From NCBI RefSeq assembly GCF_004010195.1, contig NC_057718.1, forward strand, positions 82,114,711 to 82,150,829: 36,119 nt of DNA, in the 5' to 3' direction. A program made the position numbers and the translations under genes. This DNA is from Chiloscyllium plagiosum. Its lineage: Eukaryota. Position 1 is the stretch's first letter; each line of letters begins with the position of its first letter. Below, piece by piece: positions 12,551 through 23,278 of this stretch. Under the pieces are notes generated by a model. That model had not been told where the DNA came from and did no database searches. It saw only the letters and a list, made by a program, of their open reading frames with translations.

Positions 12551-12763
12551 GAGCTGAAAATGTGTTGTTGGAAAAGCACAGCAGGTCAGGCAGCATCCAG
12601 GGAACAGGAGAATCGACGTTTCGGGCATAAGCCCTTCTTCAGGGCATAAGCCCTTATGCCCGAAACGTCGATTCTCCTGTTCCCTGGATGCTGCCTGATC
12701 TGTTGCGCTTTTCCAGCAACACATTTTCAGCTCTGATCTCCAGCATCTGCAGACCTCACTTTC
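12551..12763. mobile_element. Fold-back PLE pseudo-LTR mini-element, copy 1
   Basis: 81-bp inverted arms 12551-12631 / 12653-12733 (4 mismatches), a 33-nt tail, and a 15-bp flanking direct repeat TCCTGAATTATGTCT (12536-12550, 12764-12778). Homologous to the PLE terminus at 1846-1970. Confidence 0.92.
12611..12643 (-). ncRNA. Minimal hammerhead motif, intact core
   Basis: C CUGAAGA A GGGC UUAU GCCC GAAA C GUC GAUU. Predicted cut between 12615 and 12614; the helix I 5' strand is lost by rearrangement. Confidence 0.7.
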
Positions 12764-13110
12764 TCCTGAATTATGTCTACCCATTTCTATTGTACTTAAT
12801 TCTTTATTGGATTTATTGGTGACTATCTCATAGTTATGACCCTTAATTTGGATTTCCTAAGAGTAGAAATATTTTCTTAATGGAATTTTTTTTTTGTCAA
12901 AGGTTTTTGCACAAACAATTCATCAAGAAACCAAAAGCCAATTGCTACTAGCATCTGAATTGGGGACAGAATCCTTTATAACCAACAAATTAATAACCAA
13001 TGGAAATAGGGAACCAGTTAGCACAGATAGCAGATCTTATATTAAGATACTTAGAATTGGCCGTGGTTGTCAGACCACCATGGAATAGTGCAATAGAATC
13101 TCTACACCTT

Positions 13111-13328
13111 CAGATTGTTCTCCTATAATGTACATTTCGTCAATGTGAATTCACTATAACTCCAGTGACAAATTGGGGTCACTGTTTTTAAGGTGCAAAC
13201 TTTTAAAGCATATATTGGTTACAATGCAATTCTGGCCCCATTAGTTTAAATGGTGCTGCTATTACACAATTTTCTTATAACACGACTTGCACAAGAACTG
13301 AACTACCACGTTATAGCAGAACTGAGTG
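13111..13328. mobile_element. Tc1/mariner-pogo (Tigger-like) MITE, decayed
   Basis: Imperfect TIRs CAGATTGTTCTCCTATAATG / CGTTATAGCAGAACTGAGTG followed by TA; same right TIR as 28738-29245. Confidence 0.65.
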
Positions 13329-13906
13329 TACCTAAAGAGATCTCTTTTTACCTTCTCAGCTGAAAGATGGTACAACATCACAGCATGCTCTTAGTCCTGT
13401 TCAGTATTAACTCCCGGTTTATGGTCTTAAATCCTAGAATTTCGCTTGAATATTCTAAGAGACATGCTGACAGATCATTGTTCTGTTTTAGTGCCAATTT
13501 GACTGGAGCCTTTGTTCCTGGTATTGGTGACTGGGACCCCTGTTTTCCTTGTGCCAAATTTTATAAGGGTTGTGAATTTCTCCCTCCTTATTCAACATAG
13601 CCACAGTAGCAGAAATAAGCAAAATCTCTTTTAAAATAAGCAAATATTTAAAGATTTTCACCTAATAAGTTCAGTGACATTTAATGTAGGCATAATTCCG
13701 TAAACAAAATCTTTTGACCAGAAGCACAGCAGAATGGTAGGAGCAAGTAGGATAGGTGACTTGGATTAAAAGTTTTGAGCCCCGATACTTGTAATATTAC
13801 CTTATCTTCCAAACAAATTTGTGTTTATATATTGAAATATAAATATATTTATTAATTGATTTACAGGATGTGAGCATCACTGGCAAGAGTAGCATTTATT
13901 CACAAC

Positions 13907-14103
13907 TGAAAATGTGTTGCTGGAAAAGCGCAGCAGGTCAGGCAGCATCCAAGGAACAGGAGAATCGTTTTGGGCATAAGCCCTTCTTCAGGAATGCCCG
14001 AAACGTCGATTCTTCTGTTCCTTGGATGCTGCCTGAGCTGCTGCGCTTTTCCAGCAACACATTTTCAGCTCTGATCTCCAGCATCTGCAGTTCTCACTTT
14101 CTC
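13907..14103. mobile_element. Fold-back PLE pseudo-LTR mini-element, copy 2
   Basis: Inverted arms ~13906-13977 / 13994-14068, the same tail, and a 14-bp flanking direct repeat CATTTATTCACAAC (13893-13906, 14104-14117). Confidence 0.92.
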
Positions 14104-14811
14104 CATTTATTCACAACCCAACATGTCCTAGAGAAGGCAGAGAACCAATTGCAGACTGTGGTGAAACTATTTATATAAGTGCTGTTAGACAGAATTCAAG
14201 AGTATTTCAAAGGAACAACTTTAGCAATGATGAAGGAATGACCATTAACTTTCAAGTCAGTCCCATGTGTGACATGAGGTGATGGTGTTCCTATAAGCCA
14301 ATTGTCCTTTTCCTTCAAGGTAATGGTGATCTCAGGCTTGCAAGGTGCTGTCAAAGAAGTCTTGTGTTGCTGCAGTACATCTTGTGGGTGGTGCACACAA
14401 GAGTCACACTGTGCCAGTGGTGAAGGAAGTAACTTGATAAAGTAAGATGATTGATGGAGTGCTATCCAAGTGGGCTGCCTTGTCTTTGATAATAGAACTT
14501 TTTAAGCGCTGTTAGATCTGTGCTCATGTGAACAAGTGGTGAGTATTCCTATGCTCCTCGATGATGCCTTATAGCCGAAGAAGATTTCGAGAGTTAGGCA
14601 GTAAGTAATATACTACAGACTATCCAACCTTTGACTTCTTCTTGTAGCCACACTATTCATTCAGTTAAGTCTCTGATCAAAGGGGACGCTCTGGATATTG
14701 ATGGTGGAGGTTCAGCAATGGTAATGTAATTGAAAGTCAAGGGGATGTGGTTAGATATTATCTTTTTGGTGATGGTCATTTCCTGGCACTTGTCACTTCA
14801 ATGAAAGTGTG

Positions 14812-15885
14812 ATACAGCACAGACCAGACCCTTCAGTCCAGTTGTCCATGCCGACCAAAGACAAAGAACATTACAGATCCCCTATCTAAACCTGCCGCCT
14901 ATTTTCTAAGGATCTGTATCCCTTTGCTCCCTGCCCATTCATGAACCCTCTCCAAAATATCCACATCCTTTTGGTAATGTAGTGACCAGAACTGTACGCA
15001 GTATTCTAAATGTGGCCCAACCAAAGTCTTATACAACTGTAACATGACCTGCCAACTCCTGTACTCAATACCCTGTCCGATGAAGGAAAGCATGCTCTAT
15101 GCCTTCTTGACCACTCCACTGACCTGCGTTGCCACCTTCAGATCTCTCTGTACATCAATTTTCCCCAGGACTTTTCCATTTACTGTATAATTTGCTCTGG
15201 AATTGTATCTTCTAAAATGCGTCACCTCTCATTTGTCCAAATTAAACTCCATCTGCCATTTCTCTGCCCAACTCTCCAATCTGTCTACATTCTGCTGTAT
15301 TCTCTGACAGACCAACTTTCCCAAACTAAACCAGTCTCATTTGCTTGCACATCTCTCTAAACCTTTCCTACTCACGTATTTGGCCAAATGTCTTTTAAAT
15401 GTTGTAACTTTACCTGCCTCTGGGAGTTCACTCCACCTTCTGTGTGAAAATGTTGCCCCTCAGATCTTTTTTACATCTTTCTTTTCTCACCTTAAAAATA
15501 TGCCCTTTAGTTTTGAACTCCCCTACCCTAGGGAAAAGACCTTTGCTGTTCACCTTATTTATGCCCCTCATGATTTTATAAACCTCTAAAAGGTGACCCC
15601 TCAACCTCCTACACTCCAGTGAAATAAGTTCCACCTTATTCAGCTTTTCCTTATTCCTCAAACCTTCCAGTCCTGGCAACATCCTTGTAAATCTTTTCTG
15701 AACCCTTTCCAATTTAATAATGTACTTCCTATAGCAGGGCAACCAGAATTGTACAGTTCTCCAAAAATGGTCTCACCAACCTCAACATGACGTCCCAACT
15801 CCTAGACTTAATAGTCTGAGCAATGAAGGCAAGTGTGCTAAACGTGTTCTTAACCACCCTGTCTACCTGTGATGCAATTTTCAGG
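14812..15885 (-). mobile_element. CR1 3' fragment containing a second nested CR1 fragment (14859-15309)
   Basis: ORFs 14899..15093 and 15428..15742 are CR1 ORF2 C-terminal pieces. GACCAA is repeated at 14853-14858 and 15310-15315. Confidence 0.85.
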
Positions 15886-17246
15886 TTTTGCTGTGTGTGG
15901 GCAAGGACTGCGTCATTATCTGAGAAATTAATGATACTGAAGAGTTTGCAAATGTTAGAGGGAAGGTCATTGATGAAACAGCTGAACACATTTTGGTCTT
16001 GGACACTACTCTGAAAAACTGATGCAGTGATTTCTTAGAATTGCGGTGATTGGCCTCGAACAACAGTAACCGTTTTTGTTTGCCTGGGTATGGCTTCAGC
16101 AGTTGGAGAGTTTTCACTTTGCTTCTCAATTTGTTTCAATTTTATCAGGGCGTTTTGATGTCAAGGGTAGTCACTCTTGTCTCTCCTCTGTATTTCAGAT
16201 CTCCTGTCCTTGTTTGAGCCAAGACTGAAACAAGGACTGGAGGTGAGTTTTCATAGTGGAACCCAATGTAAGTATTGATGAACAGATTGCTGCTTGATAA
16301 AATTGTAATATAACAATACCTTCCATCACTTTGATGCAAGTAGATGGTATGAATTAGTGAGATTGAATTTATCCCTTTTTTGTAGAAGGACATACCCAAG
16401 CAATGTTTGTCACATTAATGTAGTTGTCATCGTGTTGTAGCCATACTATAACAGCTTGGTTAGAGAGAGTCTTCATCAGTACAGCCACTGTTTGATTTGA
16501 TACTGTGAGACTTCATTAGTTTCACGAATTAATTCAGTGCCTCACTCCTGATTGTCTACCACTATGCTACCACTTTTCGTGTGATTATCCTCCCAGAGAG
16601 ACCTGACATATACAGGGATGTTGTTGGAGCAGGTGTCCAACCTGATGGTCTTACAAAATCAGAGCCAAGTCAGTCTATGTGGAATAGTTCTAATTGTGGT
16701 ACAAAGATTCAATTACCTAGGGTTATACAGGATAAGCTTCGGGAGTTCTTTGATTAACTTACTTTCAAATGTATACTATTCTCTGTAACGTTGTTTTCTG
16801 CTGTAGCAAGACGTTTCTTATGCAGATGTGAGGACTTTGCAGGGTGTGATTTTGTTGATGCAAGGTTGCCTTTCTATTTTTAATTATCTTGTATTCTTTT
16901 TGTTGTGGTTGATATAACTGAGTGATTTGTTAGGCCATTTAATAAGACAATTAAAAATCACCCACGTTGTTGTGGCTCACATATAGGCCAAACCTGGTAA
17001 GGTCAATGAGGCATTAACAAATCAGATGTATTTTTATGCCAATCCAATAGTTTATTGATGACAAATATTTATAGTAAGTCTGGAATAAATGCTACCAGCT
17101 GAATTTAAGTTCACACCTCCAAATTAGGCCAGACCTCTGGAAAATTATTTTAATAAAATAACCCTTATGCTGCTATTCCTGTTCTTGGAAACTGTGATGA
17201 GTCCTGAATGAACTGTGTTGTAGTTTTGCTCTGTCTCTTCCTGCAG

Positions 17247-17327
17247 CTCAATGACAGACAATTACTGAAAGAGGTGGGACCAACTGGCTTGGGGAGAGTC
17301 TCCGAGGTACAGGAGCTGCTTGATGAA
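17247..17327 (+). CDS. DZANK1: DZANK1 coding exon
   Basis: ctcttcctgcag acceptor, GAA|gtaagc donor. Encodes [27 protein letters not shown], matching recalled DZANK1 [24 protein letters not shown]. Confidence 0.93.
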
Positions 17328-17682
17328 GTAAGCCACTACTTCCAGTATATTTGATCAATGAGAATGTCATATTGTCCTGTACAAATAACTGATGCTGTCA
17401 AGAGGCTCAGTAATCAGAGGACACCGATTTAAGAGAATTGGTGCCAGTGGGGAGATGAGATTTGTTTTACACAAGCGGTATAATCTAGAATGTGGTGCCT
17501 GACGGATGTTGGAAAGTTTCAATGATAATTTTCAAAAAGGAAATGAGGGGTGTAGGAAATTAAATGGATCTATCAAAGAGCTGGCACAGAAATGATGGGC
17601 CAAATAGTTTTGTTTTGTGTTCTTTGATGCTATTATGCTACTGAAGGCATTCGTTTATAACTTAATTATCTTTACCATTTAA

Positions 17683-17850
<168 letters not shown>

Positions 17851-18289
17851 TAAGTAGAAATACTGTTTTTCAGGGCTTTATGCTGGAGAAGGAGTGGAAC
17901 AGTTTTAGTTTTGCCTTTGGGTAGAGCTTACCAGGGTGATTCCTAGAATCAACGGGTTGTTTTCTGAAGAAAATTTTGCAGTTGCTTTGTGAACTTTAAA
18001 AGTATCCTGCTTTATTCTGAAACATGCTTGAGTTAAAATCAAAACTCTGTCAATTTTTATTTTTAAAAAAGTTATGCATTCATTTGAGAGTTTAAAACTG
18101 GCGTTTGATGTTGCATAATATTTTCAAGAATGGTAGTTTGCTGCAGGCTTGACTTTAACTTAGGATAGGGTCAATACATGTGAGTGTATGGGGGCTAGAG
18201 TGAGCAACAACCATCTAGTCAATGCCCCACTGCATATTTAAAGGTCTAATAGGTCCAATCTTGCATTTGATCATATGAGCCTCTGCCCA

Positions 18290-18860
18290 CCCATAATTCA
18301 CCTCGTCTATTTCTGATCTTTCTCTTCCTTGATTTATGTGTCTCCATTCCTGGAGGTAAGCCATCAAATATTATTCACTACAAACACACACACACTCCCA
18401 CAGCCACCATGACTTTATTTCCTCAGACCTCACTCCATTTCCCCAGTTACTGTTTCCATTGTATCAGTTCTAATGAAGTAAACCCCCACACGAGCACTGC
18501 TGATGTCTTCCTTTTGTCTCAACTGAGGAGTCCCACTGGAATTGGTTAACAGGGCTCCCCACTACATTCAGTCCATTTCACAAAATTTCCTCTTTCACTC
18601 CTCATTCCCTATCCCAGAACTATGATCAGAGTCCCATTTTCTTCATCTGCCATCCACCAGCCTTTTTTCAATGGGTAATCCTCAGTCATTTTTGCTAGTT
18701 TCAAATTAATGCCCTCACCAAACATCTTCTCCCATTCTTTCAGCATTCCAAAAGGATTGTTCTGTCCACTCCTTGGTTATCTCAAATATCTTCTTTCCTA
18801 CAGTACCTTTCTATGCAAAGGCAAGAGATGCAACTCCTGTCCTTTCATCTTCTCTCTTCT
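18290..18860 (+). mobile_element. Old decayed PLE RT C-terminal fragment
   Basis: Remnant of the NIHYKPTDSHSYLDYTSSHP-type motif (ATTCACTACAAACAC...CTCCCACAGCCAC), also seen in the younger PLE downstream. Confidence 0.55.
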
Positions 18861-19187
18861 AGAACTTCAGGACATTCTGCCTTTGAACCTGTTCCCCATT
18901 TAATAAGATGATGGCTGATCTGGTTGTGGTCTCAACTCCACTTTCCTATCTGATCCCCCTAGCCCTGAAGTTCCTCGTCTATCCAGAATTTACCTAAGCC
19001 TTGAATAAATCCAATGATTCAGCTTCCTCTGCTTTCTAGGGAAAACCATTCCATAGACTAACTTGCCTCAGAGGAGTTTGAACTGTTCATCAACTTCACT
19101 ATCACCTTTCATCCCAACCTCAAATTCACCTGGACCATCTCAGACATCTCCACCTCCAGCGACTGACTACCCACAGATATCTACTAC

Positions 19188-19224
19188 AAACCTGATGAAG
19201 GGCTTTTGCCTGAAACGTCGGTTT
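19188..19224 (+). ncRNA. Minimal hammerhead motif, intact core
   Basis: AAAC CUGAUGA A GGGC UUUU GCCU GAAA C GUC GGUUU; predicted cut after 19219. Confidence 0.72.
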
Positions 19225-19277
19225 CCCTGCTCCTCGGATGCTGCCTGACCTTCCGTTTCTTTTCCAGCACCACTCTA
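19193..19277 (+). mobile_element. 85-bp solo pseudo-LTR fragment insertion
   Basis: Flanked by a 14-bp direct repeat ATCTACTACAAACC (19179-19192, 19278-19291); sequence homologous to the family A pseudo-LTR. Confidence 0.88.
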
Positions 19278-20751
19278 ATCTACTACAAACCCACTGACAC
19301 ACAAGCTACCTGGACTACACCTCCTCCTACCCTGCATCCTGTAAAAATTCCATCCCTTATTCCCAATTCCCCCACGTCCACTGCATCTGTTCCCAGAATG
19401 ACCACTTCCACCATAGAAAATCCCAGATGGCCTCCTTCTTCAGAGACTGCAATTTCCTCTCTTATGTGGTCAACAATGCCCACCTTATCCCAGTCCCAAG
19501 CATCCAACTTGGCACCACCCTCTTGACCTGTCCATTGTCACTCCACCCATCTCTCTGACCTATCACCTCCCCAACCTTCATCGACCTATTGCATTCTCAG
19601 CTACCTCCCCCCTCCCATTTCTCTCTCAGCCCGCTGGCCTACAAGCCTCATTCCTAACGAAAGGCTTATCCTGAACCATCAATTTTCTTGCTCCTTGGAT
19701 GCTGCCTGATCTGCTATGCTTTCCCAGCACCACACTCTCAACTCAGAAAAAACTGACCTAATTTTGATCCTAAAAGTAAGGCATCTTACTCTTATACTGT
19801 GACCTCTGGTGCTAGTCTCTCCTACAAGGATAAAGATCTTGAAAGTCCCATCATAATCTTCTAAGTTTTAATATAACCACCTCTCACCGATGGGTCCAAC
19901 CTGTTCCATCTTTAATCCCTTCAATCTAGGAATAAGTCAAGTGAACCTTGCTAAATTGCTTCTTATGCAATTATTTCCTATTTAAAATAGGAAGGGTAAA
20001 AGCATACACAGTACTCCAGATGCCTTCTCACCAATGTCCTTATGCAGCTGCAGCCAAACGTCCTGACTTTTATATTCCATCCCCCTTGCAATAAACATCA
20101 GCATTCCATTTGCCTTACTAATAACCTGCTATACCAGCAAACTAACATCTTGCATAATTTCTGTATCCATCTTGTCCTCTGTATGTTTTCAGGTATGAAG
20201 GATCACACATTCACCAAGTGACCACTATACCCCTTTGAATCCTTCCCCTTCTTCCCATCAAAGCCATCCTCACTCCTTGCCAAGTATTCACAATACCCTT
20301 CTGACCTTCCTCTCTTTGACTCAGTAAAGGCCTCAGCCTCTTCCACTTTTGTGTCCACCACAATTAATTTTGAGCTTGGCCCAACGGTAAGCTCTTGTTC
20401 TGTTGCCTCCACACCTACTCCCTGAGCAGGTCACAGAGACACTTAACAGGGGACCAGCCAATCCTTGCAGGAAATGAGATAATCTGGCATTTCAGATTAG
20501 TTGATTTGTGTATGTAAACAGACAGAATTCACTTAGTTTCTCATGTCCTGTTTCACGCTAGAGTGACTGCAGATTTTTCAATGTAGCAACTGCATCCCAG
20601 CTTAAGACAGCGATATGTAATAGTTCTCCTAATTAATGAAGGCTCATTAGAATGCTCTGCCTTGCTAACAGACATTTAAATTTATGCCTCTTTTTCGTTT
20701 CAAACACCATCCTATCATATATTTTAAAAATGTCATTTTCTTCAAACATAG

Positions 20752-20826
20752 CCTTAATAACACTGCTCTCCATGAGGCTGCTGAGATGGGAACTCAAGGA
20801 GTGAAATGTGCAGCCGTTTTACTTGG
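20752..20826 (+). CDS. DZANK1: DZANK1 coding exon (ankyrin repeat)
   Basis: acatag acceptor, GG|gtaggt donor. Encodes LNNTALHEAAEMGTQGVKCAAVLL(G), containing the TALH ankyrin motif. Phases 2/2 fit both neighbours. Confidence 0.93.
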
Positions 20827-21334
20827 GTAGGTTTTCTTTTTTGAATCTATATTAAACAATTTACGTAAGACAGTGTTCTAAAGGAAAAGGAGGAGGGCAG
20901 TGGGACTAAATGAATAGTACTTTCAAAGAACTGGCAATGGCATAATTAGTCAGATTTTTTTACTCTATTAGATTTTATGACAACAAGTGGTTAATTAGGA
21001 AAACAGGTATTTCGTATAGTATTCCATAAGCTATAGGAGCAGAATTAGCCATTGGGCCCATCGAATCTACTCCGCATCAGACTTTATTTCTGTGTCAATT
21101 GGCCAGAGTAGTGGTATTAGTGACTTGAAGGGTTGCAGATAAAAGAGGGGTGCATTATCCATAAACCACTACCAGGTTCATACCTAAACAATGGTCATTT
21201 ACACAAACTTAGCAAAGCAGCTGGACCTGTAGCTCAGCTTAAGTAACTGAGCAGAGATAGTAGCAGATACAAGATGATAGAGAAAGATGCTTAATCAATT
21301 CAGTCTGATTGATTTTTCTACCAATTATTTACAG

Positions 21335-21500
21335 TTGCAATGCAAGTATTAAGAAGAAAAATGATAAAGCTTTAACAGCATATGACATAGCTGTCAAAAA
21401 TGGCAATGACCAACTTACTTCACTGTTTGCTGCAAAAATGGGACAAGGAATGTTAGATAAATTCTCCAAGACCAAGCATGTCAGCCTGGATGTCTTTTAA
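21335..21500 (+). CDS. DZANK1: DZANK1 terminal coding exon
   Basis: tttacag acceptor. Encodes CNASIKKKNDKALTAYDIAVKNGNDQLTSLFAAKMGQGMLDKFSKTKHVSLDVF*, matching the recalled DZANK1 C-terminus (CNASIQKKN...TSLFAAKFGQG). Confidence 0.95.
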
Positions 21501-21923
21501 TACTTCCTTGAAGATTCGGGCACATCCAGCACCAAAGTTGTTTTTCAGTGCAAACATTCAAGTACACATTTATAGAAGTCACATTTTGCAACGAGACGTG
21601 AAAGCATCTCCAGATGCGAAAGCAAGTTCGGGCTCTGAGAAAGTCAATCGTTCTGCAGCTGTATGTTTTTAAGAGGCCCTCAATATTTTGAAGACTCAAC
21701 GGATAATCTACTAAGGGAAGAAAGACGAGTCTTTGTGTTCTTTGTCAATATGAAATTGACTTTTAGATTTGGTTTACCTCAAGCATGTCTTTTATAAATT
21801 TAATCAGAAAAATTTCTACTGTAAATCCAAGGATTGCACTACTTTTTGACAGAACTCAAACATTTTGTAGTAAAGCATTTCTAATGTAACATTAGATATG
21901 CAGTTGATCTTAAATAAGTATAA

Positions 21924-21929
21924 AATAAA
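21924..21929 (+). promoter_or_regulatory. Candidate DZANK1 polyadenylation signal AATAAA
   Basis: AATAAA ~420 nt after the stop, followed by T/GT-rich sequence; further AATAAA at 21978 and 21983. Confidence 0.55.
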
Positions 21930-21951
21930 AATCTTTATCTAACTTGTTTCT

Positions 21952-21957
21952 TTTATT
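21952..21957 (-). promoter_or_regulatory. Candidate distal KAT14 polyadenylation signal
   Basis: TTTATT on + (AATAAA on -) ~1.3 kb past the KAT14 stop. Confidence 0.35.
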
Positions 21958-22244
21958 TTCAGAATTGTGTCTTGTGAAATAAAATAAAATACAGCAAAGT
22001 AGTTTACAAAAATCCAATCTCCCACTAAGTGTTCCTCATCTGCTTCTGGTTAGTAAGAACCCTAAAACATCAAACACATTGCTTTTCAAGTTAACCTCTT
22101 GAATGTGACAAGAGTGTGGTCAGACATTAGCAAGAGAATCTATTATGGAAATCAGAGTTCTCAACTGGTTTCTTGTTAATTTTACTTCAGGACTTTTGTA
22201 ACATTGTTGCTTTTAACCTTTAGACAATCAATGATTCAAATTTT

Positions 22245-22630
22245 CATCTTGGTCAGAAGGCTGTAACTTAAGAGTTGAGCACAAATTCTACACTGGCAGT
22301 GCATGCAATGGAGGATATGCTGGACAATTCAAGATGCTATCTTTCATATGTTAAACAGAGGCCATCCTGCTCTTATGCAGATGTAAATCATTCCATGCAG
22401 CTATTCAAATATTTTGAAGAGTGTGTGTGTTCTTCTTGTTCTGGCCAACCCTCAACCAATATCATTGAAACAAATTGTGATCATTATCACATTGCTATTT
22501 GTGGGATCTTGCCTTGCAGTAATTATGCATTTCCTACAAGTCAACACACTTCAGCAGCATTTCATTAGCTGTAAATACTTCAGCATATCCTGAAATTATT
22601 GACAGCATTATATCACTTGCTAGTTCTTTC
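22245..22630 (+). mobile_element. Deu-domain SINE (SacSINE1/AmnSINE1-like), decayed
   Basis: GTTAAACAGAGGCC...CTGGCCAA..CCCTCAACCAATATCA...GATCATTATCACATTGCTATTTGTGGGATCTTGC and an L2-like tail match the recalled DeuSINE consensus. Confidence 0.8.
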
Positions 22631-22973
22631 AGTCTGTATGTTCTAAGCTGCGGATAGAGCTGTACTACCTTCAGAGCAAAGATGTGTCAGATTCACCTGT
22701 CCTCAAACCACCTACCCTCAATCCACCATATACAATCATAAAAATGGGATTGCTGGCAACAGTAAGTTGGAATCAGCTGATGGTACAGAATTACTACTGG
22801 GGTCAAACTATAACCTTTTAAAGAACTTGCTGACACTGAATACAAACACCTGGGTAACACCAATATGCAGGTAAAGTGCAAAGTATCTAAGGAATTATTT
22901 ACAAAATTCTAATGCACTTCTATCTACATGACTCATCTGAAAGAAATACAAATGGCAATTTGTGTTCTTTCCC

Positions 22974-22979
22974 TTTATT
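22974..22979 (-). promoter_or_regulatory. Candidate proximal KAT14 polyadenylation signal
   Basis: TTTATT on + (AATAAA on -) ~300 nt past the KAT14 stop. Confidence 0.35.
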
Positions 22980-23278
22980 TGTTCTGCTGATGGCTTTAGA
23001 TATTGCAGCATGTTACACAGGTTTAACGGGAATTCTTCATTTGCTGCTGGCCAACTGTGAGTTCTGTGTAAAATTTCTAATGATTTGTGCCAGAATGGCT
23101 TTGCAAAACAGATCATAATTTTTTTTCAGAAGATGATCAAAAGTCATAATGGGGTCATTGCTTTAGCTTCATTGTCTGTGTTTTATAAGTTCACATCAAA
23201 GGAGGTATGGTTAGGGCTGAACTCTTCAAAGCACAAGATCTTTTCAATAAATTCTTTAATGTAATGGCTTTCACATGA

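Larger units (their letters stand above)
13866..16460 (-). mobile_element. Old CR1-group LINE (second family) hosting nested insertions
   Basis: RT remnants (FSCFINDLPS; ORF 16145..16399). The 3' end is related to the + strand copy at 27432-28645. Confidence 0.7.
19043..19744 (+). mobile_element. Internally deleted PLE (RT thumb region plus pseudo-LTR)
   Basis: FHPNLKFTWTISD...IYYKPTD...SYLDYTSSYP...IPYSQF. The terminal repeat has a degenerate hammerhead (CTAACGA...GAAC) at ~19650-19685. Confidence 0.85.
18865..20160 (-). mobile_element. Old CR1 3' fragment interrupted by a PLE
   Basis: CR1-like 3' sequence stops at ~19042 (CATTCCATAGACTAAC) and resumes at ~19745. Confidence 0.7.

Noticed and set aside
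12551..12763. Hairpin as a DNA-transposon MITE or conserved pre-miRNA
   Set aside because: Asymmetric ends, variable 14-15 bp TSDs and homology to the terminus of a GIY-YIG PLE indicate a retroelement origin.
12530..14178. Similar short ORFs (LKMCCWKSA..QAAS.EQENR) as a peptide family
   Set aside because: They are translations of the same non-coding pseudo-LTR repeat.
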